Positions 11,501 to 20,718 of a DNA stretch of 64,000 nt are shown piece by piece (within the stretch, counting starts at the first letter, position 1; each line of letters starts with the position of its first letter). The stretch is taken from IMG/VR virus record IMGVR_UViG_3300029288_000077, positions 119,766 through 183,765 of that record; one strand, given 5' to 3'. The translations under genes were made by a program, and so were the position numbers. Origin of the DNA: a virus. Lineage: Duplodnaviria; Caudoviricetes. The notes under the pieces were generated by a model. It made no database searches and was not told the DNA's origin. It worked only from the letters and a program-made list of their open reading frames with translations.

Positions 11501-11645
11501 CAACACAGCAAGTTTCATTGTGGCGTTACAAGGCGGTGCTGTAAGTATTGCCGGTGCTGCAGTCCCGGCATCCGCTACATTCATGCCAATAGTGGCAAAT
11601 GGTGGAAATACATACCTTGTAGCTTTATTTGCGGTTCCACCCTAA
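8592..11645 (+). CDS. Tail fibre / receptor-binding protein with a Gly-rich GVYG repeat domain
   Basis: N-terminal baseplate-attachment-like region ('GVVNGFIVTVNP...IDVGPGEGY'); C-terminal GVYG repeats; last gene of the structural block. Confidence 0.75.
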   Translation: MKRAEYFNKTIPTEDQLNYTEDSKVSALLERLRSDSQLGVVNGFIVTVNPVDSTLIDVGPGEGYTGGKYRQLDIKGEYSGERISTINDSTSGSTNFYTVQGQALASYVAGIKNYVSLVYAEVEDTALAEIDYPFTPHNTIVRDSFSVSVLAETDWNLLSLNEKRRRFLVAIITANGAGVPLTASSIQQVVQPKSHPTPTQPSNVSGAIITSLSQETLIGAGTLRYESSTKKLYWTAPGSTEGAGVTVTSSGSFTLYSFDVIYWITVEVTYASLPAGDETDSIDIISLYGSIIPRFSAVDSVHRDMVGSGVPTLSNPHGMTIDDLPGGGFDHADLFHRNGISYDSDPAQLECIINPDPGVDEILINNLGGFDNSFLVDGRVYEVVEGVPAGTDAVLSFDTVPSPDSGEYLIYLDSAGSLHSVKIGEVLWDANIYIVDMSNKTPGNATITWNAIGNVLTYQAPGDGAPGAAVRITGFASPTDPQLYKLYSSDLDNWVIVEMIGSVGLNNSTTFDTDKNNTTNDNEVILKLAVVGWDAVTETLSNVRDIRRFFTADIGFQFEEEHDSDGSHTKVLQNTLRLVNTTNPTIRAIAESVVISAYADDSTAVYGAAYDSYGVYGLAGGSYGVFGSAGGAYGVCGKASSYGVYGTASNYGVYGSANGNIPIGHVIGVYGSAVNVGAPNSAVGAVGNAAGVNATGVAGYAANGTGVYGSGDVYGIYGTAAEYAIRGVAAQSHAVWASAPQSAIHARAGQYAVWGSANSNSVGNIYGVFGSAVNGLNAHLAVGVIGQAGGVAATGVFGSAAQGRGVVGIGVVGVYGSANTNGVYGKALVEQGVYGEAVTAGVYGFASTYGVYGESDDDYGVYGTALVSYGVLGKAATVGVKGIASTYGVYGEADTYGVYGLGGDSYGVYGQAATIGVMGKATGINSRGVRGVCTAAGGYGVEGVGDSVGVFGDGDAGGWFEGDTFGVVISNTASFIVALQGGAVSIAGAAVPASATFMPIVANGGNTYLVALFAVPP
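10401..11480 (+). repeat. About 35 imperfect G-V-Y-G protein repeats
   Basis: GVYG/GVFG/AVWG units, mostly 9-10 aa apart, counted by eye. Confidence 0.85.
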
Positions 11646-11656
11646 TTCATAATGAT

Positions 11657-12247
11657 TTATGAACAGTTGCTGTTGCAGTATTCGCTGCACACCGTCTGTT
11701 CGCATTTGTTTGCCTGATCTTCTTTGTACGTCTCTTTGTTGATACCGTTTCTTTTCACCAACATCAGAAAAAACGGATTACCGCAGTCAACTCTGTTTTC
11801 TTCACAGCCCCCAAATCCATCATTAAGTTCCTGATTGTAATCAAAAAACGGACCATTGCTCAGACAACAACATGTGCTGCACTCATTACTCATGCCTCCG
11901 CACGCTTCGTTCCTCCCAGCAGTATATTCCTTTGTATACTGAATGCATGTTTCCGTGCACGTTCCATTTACACAAACGTTGAAATCACCGCAGTCCTGGT
12001 CATACATACAGGCGTCGCCGGTGCTGGAATCATATTGACGTGCATCGAATGTACATGAATAGGTGCCGTCTGAAAGCACAGAACAGTCGTTTTTGTTGTA
12101 ACAGAACACCATTCCGGTGTCAAAGTCACTCAAACACAACTCTGAATCACCGCCGCACCCATTCAGGCTGATGATTGCCCAGGCCACCAGCACGGCCAGG
12201 ATCATGAAACAAACGGCGTAAAGGATCTCTCTAAAAAATTCCTTCAT
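11657..12247 (-). CDS. Cys-rich lipoprotein
   Basis: Hydrophobic signal peptide ending in lipobox LNGC; 'ACMYDQDCGDFNVCVNGTC' disulfide-type repeat; GGAGG SD. Confidence 0.75.
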   Translation of the reverse strand: MKEFFREILYAVCFMILAVLVAWAIISLNGCGGDSELCLSDFDTGMVFCYNKNDCSVLSDGTYSCTFDARQYDSSTGDACMYDQDCGDFNVCVNGTCTETCIQYTKEYTAGRNEACGGMSNECSTCCCLSNGPFFDYNQELNDGFGGCEENRVDCGNPFFLMLVKRNGINKETYKEDQANKCEQTVCSEYCNSNCS

Positions 12248-12267
12248 TTGAGTGACCTCCTACCCAC

Positions 12268-12326
12268 ATTCTACCACAGCTATAATATCCTGTCAAGTAT
12301 CAAAACGTATAGTCATGTATGGTCAT
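12268..12326 (-). promoter_or_regulatory. Early promoter copy 1 plus operator-like repeat
   Basis: Minus strand TTGACA (12291-96), 17 bp, TAGAAT (12268-73), with extended -10 TG; upstream GTATAGTCAT-GTATGGTCAT repeat. Confidence 0.85.
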
Positions 12327-12513
12327 TGTTGTACTGTTCTGAGCATTCTGGGCAATAATACTCCGCATCAACGGTACCTGGGTGGGGTAATCTACACCAA
12401 CCAGCATTTACTGCGGCACGTATAACGCCATTAGGCAGAATACCTTCAAAGATCTGTGATTTTCCGCACTTATCACAAACCACAACAAGCGTAATTTGCA
12501 GAGTTGCTGTCAT
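12313..12513 (-). CDS. Small Zn-finger protein
   Basis: CDKC...GW...YCPEC; its stop codon lies inside the operator-like repeat. Confidence 0.65.
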   Translation of the reverse strand: MTATLQITLVVVCDKCGKSQIFEGILPNGVIRAAVNAGWCRLPHPGTVDAEYYCPECSEQYNNDHT

Positions 12514-12528
12514 ACTTGGAAAAGGAAA

Positions 12529-12717
12529 TTACACGCATTTGCATCCGAGTGATTTGGCCTGCAGGATTTCGTGCAGTTCTTCGATCTTCTCTTTGGCTTG
12601 TTCCAGTTCTTGTTCCAGAGATGAATTTGATTCTCGAAGACGGATAATTTCCTTTTGTAGACGTACGATTTCCTCATCCGCTTTTGACATCAGCGCTGCG
12701 TCAACTTGAAGGCCCAT
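12529..12717 (-). CDS. Small coiled-coil protein
   Basis: Heptad pattern; AAGGAG SD. Confidence 0.65.
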   Translation of the reverse strand: MGLQVDAALMSKADEEIVRLQKEIIRLRESNSSLEQELEQAKEKIEELHEILQAKSLGCKCV

Positions 12718-12729
12718 AGATATCTCCTT

Positions 12730-14133
12730 TCAAATCTGGAAGATGGTTTCCTTGATGTGCTCAGTGTTGTTGAGATCGGAAGCGTCAATCGACCACAGCT
12801 TGTCGGACAGGGACTTGAGGTCGTCGCCGTCTGCGGGTACACCACCAATGACCACAGAAAAGAGCCTGGCACCCAACTTCTTCTTGGTATTAGAGAGTGC
12901 TTCCTTATCGGGGATGTTGCACAAACCGTCTGTGATGAACACAATGTCGGCTTTGGACATGGAAACGTTCTCCGTAACAGAGGAGAATGCCTTTCCAAGG
13001 GCTGACGAAAAATCTGTGCCTCCGCCGAAAAACATTTCCATGCACTTGAGCAAATCCTCGGTGTTGAATGGAGAGGTGAACTCCTGCTCGTGTCTGACGC
13101 ACTCCGAGAAGTGGATGATGCGGAAAGCGCGCTTTTGCTTAGAGGCCACGAAAGCCATCGCAAGTCCTACTGCTTTTGACCAGATCTCGGGTGCCCCTAC
13201 CATGGAACCACTGTTGTCGATGCACACGACGATGGGACCCTTCTTCTCGGTGATGTGCTCGTCGAGCCGGTACTGTACCAGCCCCTTCTCCAGGTACCTC
13301 TTGAAGAAATCGAGTTCGAGATCCCCAGCCACCAGTTTCATGGCCTCAGCGGGGATCAACCGGCCGATGTCATTGCCCATCTCGATGTCGGTGATTTCAT
13401 CGGGTCCCGGCTGCTTCTTGTTGGCCTGGTGCTTCTCCGCTTCGTTCTTGAAGCGACCAGCCATTTCCATGATCTGCTTCAGCTTGGCGCTGTTGCGGAT
13501 CATTTCCATGACGCGCAGCTTCTGCTGGTCGCCGGTTAAAGAAGCCGCCCCGGAAGTCGAATTGTCATATCCAAAGACGGAGTTTGCTTCGCTGGCATCG
13601 TCAAGGGCTTCCTTGGCCTTTCCGAGCCCACGGCGGATTGCCTGGCGCACCTGGTAGCCATCCAGGTTATTGATGGCCTCAGACCACGCTTTCTTTGAAT
13701 TGGCCAACTCCTGCTCCAGCTTTTCCTTGGTAACTTGGTAGTTGGGCCGATCCTGCATGTCTTCCAGGCCGTTCAGATCCCTTTCCACGTCCTTGGGATT
13801 GCGATCTTCCATCTTGGGCAGGGTACTGAGGATCTGCTCGGACAAAACGGAGGTGCCAAGGCCAGACTGGAAGGAATCAAACACCGTGCCTTGGCTGCGA
13901 ATATCCTTCCACTCCTTCATGCCGCGCATCTCGTTGAACACCTTGGATGCCCACTCAGGAGAAGGATTATCAAAGTCGGGGTTGGACTGGAATAGGCTAC
14001 CAAACACACCGGCTTGGAAGTCCCTGAAGTCCGAGTAACCCTTCGAGACACCACTGTTTTCCACCGTCTTCAGGCCACCGTGCGCCTCGAAGAAGTTGTC
14101 AAAGGACATCTTTTCCCAGGAGGAAAGCTTCAT
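12730..14133 (-). CDS. VWA-domain protein, ViaA-like partner of the MoxR AAA+ ATPase
   Basis: MIDAS 'VCIDNSGSM', 'GGGTDF' and 'DIVFITDG'; real start MKLSSWEK at 14133 after GAGGGTG. Confidence 0.9.
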   Translation of the reverse strand: MKLSSWEKMSFDNFFEAHGGLKTVENSGVSKGYSDFRDFQAGVFGSLFQSNPDFDNPSPEWASKVFNEMRGMKEWKDIRSQGTVFDSFQSGLGTSVLSEQILSTLPKMEDRNPKDVERDLNGLEDMQDRPNYQVTKEKLEQELANSKKAWSEAINNLDGYQVRQAIRRGLGKAKEALDDASEANSVFGYDNSTSGAASLTGDQQKLRVMEMIRNSAKLKQIMEMAGRFKNEAEKHQANKKQPGPDEITDIEMGNDIGRLIPAEAMKLVAGDLELDFFKRYLEKGLVQYRLDEHITEKKGPIVVCIDNSGSMVGAPEIWSKAVGLAMAFVASKQKRAFRIIHFSECVRHEQEFTSPFNTEDLLKCMEMFFGGGTDFSSALGKAFSSVTENVSMSKADIVFITDGLCNIPDKEALSNTKKKLGARLFSVVIGGVPADGDDLKSLSDKLWSIDASDLNNTEHIKETIFQI

Positions 14134-14143
14134 GACAGCACCC

Positions 14144-16291
<2,148 letters not shown>

Positions 16292-16326
16292 GCGAACCTC
16301 CTAATTGAAAACTTGATCCTAAGACC

Positions 16327-16395
16327 ATTATACCACAGCTATAATACGCTGTCAAGTATTTCGAACAAACGACGACGTATGGTCATGTATGGTAA
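16327..16395 (-). promoter_or_regulatory. Early promoter copy 2 plus operator-like repeat
   Basis: Perfect TTGACA (16350-55), 17 bp, TATAAT (16327-32), with TG; upstream GTATGGTCAT-GTATGGTAAA. Confidence 0.92.
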
Positions 16396-16405
16396 ATAAG
16401 ACGGT

Positions 16406-16702
16406 TTACCCGATCAACAACTTGGCGTGTTCTTTTAGTGCTTCATTGAATGTGCCTGAAGCAATAAGATTACATGAACACTTGTTTGATACCAGTGGTG
16501 AAATATCGACTTTGTAGATGTCCACTTCAAACTCAGAATAAAAGTTTGGATCCAAAGCCCTTTTCTTTTTAACCAAATCCTCGCGCATTAGCATATGATC
16601 TGGGTATGTTAATACTTCACGGTGTAGAAGTGTTGGACCAAACTTGGGTTTATCGGTTTGGGTGATGATTACCATCAAGAAAGAAGCGTTATTTAGATCC
16701 AT
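16406..16702 (-). CDS. Hypothetical protein
   Basis: 98-aa ORF in a tight minus-strand run. Confidence 0.6.
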   Translation of the reverse strand: MDLNNASFLMVIITQTDKPKFGPTLLHREVLTYPDHMLMREDLVKKKRALDPNFYSEFEVDIYKVDISPLVSNKCSCNLIASGTFNEALKEHAKLLIG

Positions 16703-16792
16703 TTTGTGTACTACCCTTTCTGGTAACTACTTTGCTGTAGATTATCAAAATGGTCAACAGTATCCCGATACCAGTATGCACAAATTCGCTCA

Positions 16793-17065
16793 TCAGAACA
16801 GCTTCTTGCCGCTGATTCTGAATTTGACTGTGCCGTTGTCCAGGGTAAATTCGCATAACATTTCCTTGCAATTAGTCTTGTTGCCGTACTGCTTTTCGTC
16901 CAACACCTTCCAATGTCCGTGTACGGTACACCCAGCCACAAACCTGCTTCTGATTTTCTCAGCCTCTGCGAAAAATTGATCCCACGAAGGATCCTTTTCA
17001 AGTGCAATACGCTCGTGAAGAAAACCCTCAGTGTCACGCACTTCGTACACAGCCTTAGTAATCAT
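16793..17065 (-). CDS. Hypothetical protein
   Basis: 90-aa ORF with AGGAGAAGGA SD. Confidence 0.7.
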   Translation of the reverse strand: MITKAVYEVRDTEGFLHERIALEKDPSWDQFFAEAEKIRSRFVAGCTVHGHWKVLDEKQYGNKTNCKEMLCEFTLDNGTVKFRISGKKLF

Positions 17066-17092
17066 ATTCCTTCTCCTGTGATAGTATGAGTT

Positions 17093-17323
17093 TTATTCCT
17101 CTGTGAAATGTCCGGGTGACTGCAATTGACTGTGGAGTCGGAGTATTCTTTCTTTGTCTTCGGGCTTTACTTCCACGTCTTTGTAAAAACACGTTGAAGC
17201 AATTGAATCTAGTGCGCGTGGGTACGATACGGATTGCAGGTAGTATCCTGCATTTTCTTGGCAACATACTCCATATTCAACCAAACAACGTTCTAGAAAA
17301 TCTTTTAATGTTTCCGCTTTCAC
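17093..17323 (-). CDS. Hypothetical protein
   Basis: 76-aa ORF, tightly packed with neighbours. Confidence 0.6.
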   Translation of the reverse strand: MKAETLKDFLERCLVEYGVCCQENAGYYLQSVSYPRALDSIASTCFYKDVEVKPEDKERILRLHSQLQSPGHFTEE

Positions 17324-17326
17324 AGT

Positions 17327-17545
17327 TTACCACCCCACATTTCTATGTCCAGTGGTTTTGCTGTATACTTGGTTTCCGTATTCATCCCAAACGGCGTCAA
17401 TTTCGTAACCATAAAAGGTTCCGTGTTTCTTGAGGTACTTCTCTTCTGCTGCGTGCATGGCATCCACGGTGTTTTCAGCACGTACACGCACCTGTGATTT
17501 GCACTCACCGTCAGTTTCCTTGAACTTGACTGTGTATAGATTCAT
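17327..17545 (-). CDS. Hypothetical protein
   Basis: 72-aa ORF with AAGGAG SD. Confidence 0.7.
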   Translation of the reverse strand: MNLYTVKFKETDGECKSQVRVRAENTVDAMHAAEEKYLKKHGTFYGYEIDAVWDEYGNQVYSKTTGHRNVGW

Positions 17546-17576
17546 ACGCTTTCTCCTTTGCGTATTCTTTATTGTA

Positions 17577-17649
17577 TGGGACCGGTGGGATTCGGACCCA
17601 CATTCCCTTGATTAAAAGTCAAGTGCGTTACCAATTGCGCCACGGTCCC
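17577..17649 (-). tRNA. tRNA-Lys(UUU); CCA not encoded
   Basis: Cloverleaf GGGACCG/CGGTCCC; anticodon arm CTTGA-CTTTTAA-TCAAG; T arm GTGGG-TCCGAAT-CCCAC. Confidence 0.92.
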
Positions 17650-17696
17650 GTATTACCAAAGATCAACAACATTTGTATTATACTGCGAGGAGTGTG

Positions 17697-17990
17697 TCAG
17701 TAAATCGGTTTGGTCCAGTCTGGTGTGGTGCCGGTATTCTCCATTTCTTCGATCTCATCATCCTCCATATCCAACCATTCGTTGTCATGAAAGATTTGTA
17801 TTCTGCCCGCATTGCAGTAATCAGGCTTGATGTTGTGCTGGAGCTGGAAAAGATCGTAATCACCCAGCACACTGAGCAACAGCCTGGCATCCCTGATGCT
17901 GCTTACAGGGACCTCGAATCCCTCCATGGGCACCTGTGGGATCCACCAAATCCTCAGATCTCCCTCTGCAGGTTCGTGCTTTGTAGCCAT
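17697..17990 (-). CDS. P22 gp17-like anti-exclusion protein
   Basis: 'LRIWWIPQVPM..F.V.V.S...L.DYD.FQ..HNIKPDYCNA' matches my recollection of the P22 gp17 family signature. Confidence 0.8.
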   Translation of the reverse strand: MATKHEPAEGDLRIWWIPQVPMEGFEVPVSSIRDARLLLSVLGDYDLFQLQHNIKPDYCNAGRIQIFHDNEWLDMEDDEIEEMENTGTTPDWTKPIY

Positions 17991-18185
17991 CTAAACCTCC
18001 TTAATCATTTCCACGGACAGTTCGTAGATAGCGAACTCTACATTCCATCCATATTTCTCGTCCAGCTCCTGCTTGAACTTTTCGGCGTCTTCTGCAGTGA
18101 AAAAGATCCTGTCGTGTTGCGCCTTGCACAGCTTCGGCATCGAGCCGTCTGAGCGTCGAGCTGCTACAATAAATGCCTGGTACAT
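17991..18185 (-). CDS. Hypothetical protein
   Basis: 64-aa ORF abutting the gp17-like gene. Confidence 0.6.
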   Translation of the reverse strand: MYQAFIVAARRSDGSMPKLCKAQHDRIFFTAEDAEKFKQELDEKYGWNVEFAIYELSVEMIKEV

Positions 18186-18194
18186 AATATCACT

Positions 18195-19025
18195 TCACAG
18201 CTCCATCAACTTGGCCTTGACCTGGTTCTCCATGGCATTCAACTTCTCCAGCACGTTCTCACCAGAGAACTTCAATCTCTCGGCGTAGAACTCCACTTCC
18301 TTCTTGGTTTCACGGAAACGTTCGAGAGTGGCTGCCCAACCCTTGGGGGTGCTGAACTTGTTGTTGTTGATCTCCTCCTGGAAGTTATCCAAACGACGGT
18401 TCATGTCTTCCATGAGGCTGTTGTAAATCGCCTTCTTGGTGTCTTCGGTGTTGATCTGAGGCACCAACACCATGCTGCATCCCTCCAGGGACTTGAGCAG
18501 TGCCTCCACCTGCTTGAGTTCCCTGGTGAACTTCTCATCAGCGTAGTAGATACCGCCGCCTTCACGGACAGTCACAGGCGTCATCTTGTCGATGATGTCC
18601 TTGATGATCAAACGCATGTCGTAGGACGTGAGGTTTTCCTTGAAGGAGTTGTACTTGTCCTTGATGAGATCAAAGGCGCGGTGTGGATGATCACAGGTCA
18701 GCAACCCGGTCTTCTGATTGAAAGACATGGTAGCCGAGTGGTGGTACTGCAGGTCCTGTGCCTTGGGGTCAACCTTTTCATCCACCAACCCCACCAGGTG
18801 CTGGTCTTTGTCCTTGGCGATCATACGCACCAAGACATGGTGCTGTCCCTGTTGCTGTTTGACCTGACGCACTGCATTGAGGTAGGCTGTGCGGTCGCAG
18901 TCCTTGATGTCGTACTTGATGCCCACCTTTTTACAGGAGGCGAGGAAGTCCACCTTCTTGACCAGGACTTCGCGGATGCTCCACCAGAAGAAGTACCCCA
19001 TGATCACGAGTCCGTTGGCTGTCAT
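18195..19025 (-). CDS. DUF3150/DUF6744-like protein
   Basis: 'GYFFWWSI' N-terminus, 'VREGGGIYY' motif and C-terminal coiled coil; family name from recall, not searched. Confidence 0.6.
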   Translation of the reverse strand: MTANGLVIMGYFFWWSIREVLVKKVDFLASCKKVGIKYDIKDCDRTAYLNAVRQVKQQQGQHHVLVRMIAKDKDQHLVGLVDEKVDPKAQDLQYHHSATMSFNQKTGLLTCDHPHRAFDLIKDKYNSFKENLTSYDMRLIIKDIIDKMTPVTVREGGGIYYADEKFTRELKQVEALLKSLEGCSMVLVPQINTEDTKKAIYNSLMEDMNRRLDNFQEEINNNKFSTPKGWAATLERFRETKKEVEFYAERLKFSGENVLEKLNAMENQVKAKLMEL

Positions 19026-19047
19026 GTCTAAATCTCCTTTCGATCAA

Positions 19048-19080
19048 ATTGTACCACATCTATAATAACGAGTCAAGTAT
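19048..19080 (-). promoter_or_regulatory. Early promoter copy 3 (no operator repeat)
   Basis: TTGACT (19071-76), 17 bp, TACAAT (19048-53); spacer similar to the other copies. Confidence 0.8.
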
Positions 19081-19097
19081 CTGTCGTTGTGTGCATA

Positions 19098-19136
19098 CGT
19101 CCCCAAGGGGATTCGAACCCCTGTACCAAGCTTGAA
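19098..19136 (-). pseudogene. 3' half of tRNA-Glu(UUC)
   Basis: TTC-AA-GCTTG-GTAC-AGGGG-TTCGAAT-CCCCT-TGGGGAC-G; no matching 5' half found. Confidence 0.8.
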
Positions 19137-19171
19137 GAGACAAACGCCATTTATGTTGAGAAAAATGATCA

Positions 19172-19741
19172 TTAAACGCACTTTTTGCCATTGCGGATGT
19201 GCTTCTTTACTGTTTGAAAACTTACACCAAACATTTTACTAACTCCTAAAATACTATTATCTTTTATTAATTTCATAAGTTCATTGTGAGTAGGCCAACA
19301 CACCTTTTGATGGTCTAACTGGCAACATTTAATAGAACAATAACGGTGTCCGTTTCTTTTCACAGGAAAACTGCAACCACAGTGTTCACACACAGATGTT
19401 GTACCTCTCTTGGTGTTTTTCTTGCTGTTCTTTTTATTTCTAATCCACTTTGAGTACTCATTTGATTTATCTGAATTAAAATGAATCTCAGAGTGACAAT
19501 TTGCACACAGTAATTGGCATTTATCTAACTCTTCCTTCATTGTTTCTAGACTACGTTTTCTCATGTGATGCCAAGAAAATTTTTTATTTAATGGGTCTTT
19601 ATGGTGAAACACAAGAGCACCTATACATTTATTGTACCCACATATTTCGCATTTGCCTCCTTTATACTCTACAGCCATCTCCTTCAAATACACATATCTA
19701 CGTTTTATGTATTCAGAATTATATTTTTGATCATCATTCAT
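19172..19741 (-). CDS. HNH endonuclease with C-terminal Zn ribbon/HTH
   Basis: CEICG...FHHKDP...LLCANCHSEIH; then CEHC...YCSIKC. Confidence 0.88.
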   Translation of the reverse strand: MNDDQKYNSEYIKRRYVYLKEMAVEYKGGKCEICGYNKCIGALVFHHKDPLNKKFSWHHMRKRSLETMKEELDKCQLLCANCHSEIHFNSDKSNEYSKWIRNKKNSKKNTKRGTTSVCEHCGCSFPVKRNGHRYCSIKCCQLDHQKVCWPTHNELMKLIKDNSILGVSKMFGVSFQTVKKHIRNGKKCV

Positions 19742-20041
19742 GTTTGTTAGGTACCACTTTTCTCAGACAGGGCATCATCTCACTTTCCTACTTTCTTGGC
19801 GCGTCGCTTTCGGGCGCGCTTGATGGCCTGAATGACTACGTTGATGATGCTCACCCCCATAAATCCACCTTCCCTAGAACAACTCAGAATCTGTTCTTGA
19901 AAGTAAACATGCAACTATGTAAATACCAGAAAAAATGTTGTTAAATGCTCCTCCTCCAGTATATTGTGCCTGACAACTATCCCATCTAATACAGTTGTGA
20001 CAGTTGTAATGCTCACCATTTTGTAAATAACGATTCAATAT

Positions 20042-20284
20042 CTACTCCTTCATGCTCAAGAAATTGTCATAGAATGACATACGACCACTTACACACTCCT
20101 GGAAATTGAAGTAGCACCCGCATGCAGGATCGTAGTGTTCGCAATCCTTGCAGTCCTTGCTTATTGCCCACTGCAAGAACGCCTGGACCATGGTGGCTGC
20201 TCCAATTTCTGCCAGCGTTTGCATGCGCCTGTCCTGATCGTGAGAGGAACTGTATGACGTGTGCAAGTCTTCCCAGGAAAACAT
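20042..20284 (-). CDS. Small Cys-rich hypothetical protein
   Basis: CKDCEHY...C...C; purine-rich SD. Confidence 0.6.
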   Translation of the reverse strand: MFSWEDLHTSYSSSHDQDRRMQTLAEIGAATMVQAFLQWAISKDCKDCEHYDPACGCYFNFQECVSGRMSFYDNFLSMKE

Positions 20285-20296
20285 TCCCTTCCCCCT

Positions 20297-20446
20297 TTAC
20301 TGTTCGCTGCAAAAAACGTTCAGGACGATGAAAGCAAACGTGTCAAGCACGGCGCTGAAAAAGGACTTACAAAATCCGTGCTTCATATATTTGTGGTAAA
20401 GGTACTCACCACGAAAGTTGGCCAAAATTTTGTTGAAAAAACTCAT
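20297..20446 (-). CDS. Small hypothetical protein (MSFFNKIL...)
   Basis: ATG overlaps the upstream stop (ATGA). Confidence 0.5.
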   Translation of the reverse strand: MSFFNKILANFRGEYLYHKYMKHGFCKSFFSAVLDTFAFIVLNVFCSEQ

Positions 20447-20607
20447 GCCAAACCGTTCTCTTTCATGAACTTGACGGTCTTTTCCGCGTCCTGCATCACC
20501 TCCTGCACGGCACACACCCCATGCACTCCGTCGTGTTTGTTGAGCAGCTCGGCCATGGCCTGGTTGAGTTCACTGATGAGAGAGGAAACTTTGTCGAGAA
20601 CTGGCAT
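20443..20607 (-). CDS. 54-aa chimeric ORF whose first 20 aa are identical to the AAA+ ATPase N-terminus
   Basis: MPVLDKVSSLISELNQAMAE followed by LLNKHDGVHGVCAVQEVMQDAEKTVKFMKENGLA*; same SD and promoter as the AAA+ gene; too short for the ORF track. Confidence 0.75.
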   Translation of the reverse strand: MPVLDKVSSLISELNQAMAELLNKHDGVHGVCAVQEVMQDAEKTVKFMKENGLA

Positions 20608-20711
20608 GTGAACCTCCTAATTGAAAACTTGATCCTAAGACCATTATACCACAGCTATAATACTCTGTCAAGTATTTCGAACAAACGATGACGTATGGTC
20701 ATATATGGTAA
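20547..20711. repeat. 165-bp direct repeat, copy B
   Basis: Nearly identical to 16231..16395. Confidence 0.95.
20643..20711 (-). promoter_or_regulatory. Early promoter copy 4 plus operator-like repeat
   Basis: TTGACA (20666-71), 17 bp, TATAAT (20643-48); GTATGGTCAT-ATATGGTAA. Confidence 0.92.
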
Positions 20712-20718
20712 TTAGAAC

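Noticed and set aside
8592-11645. Diversity-generating retroelement target
   Set aside because: No reverse transcriptase and no template/variable repeat pair differing at adenines was seen
19098-20040. tRNA-Glu split by a group I intron carrying the HNH gene
   Set aside because: No 5' exon found upstream, the base before the 3' half is C rather than the terminal G of group I introns, and no core structure was recognised
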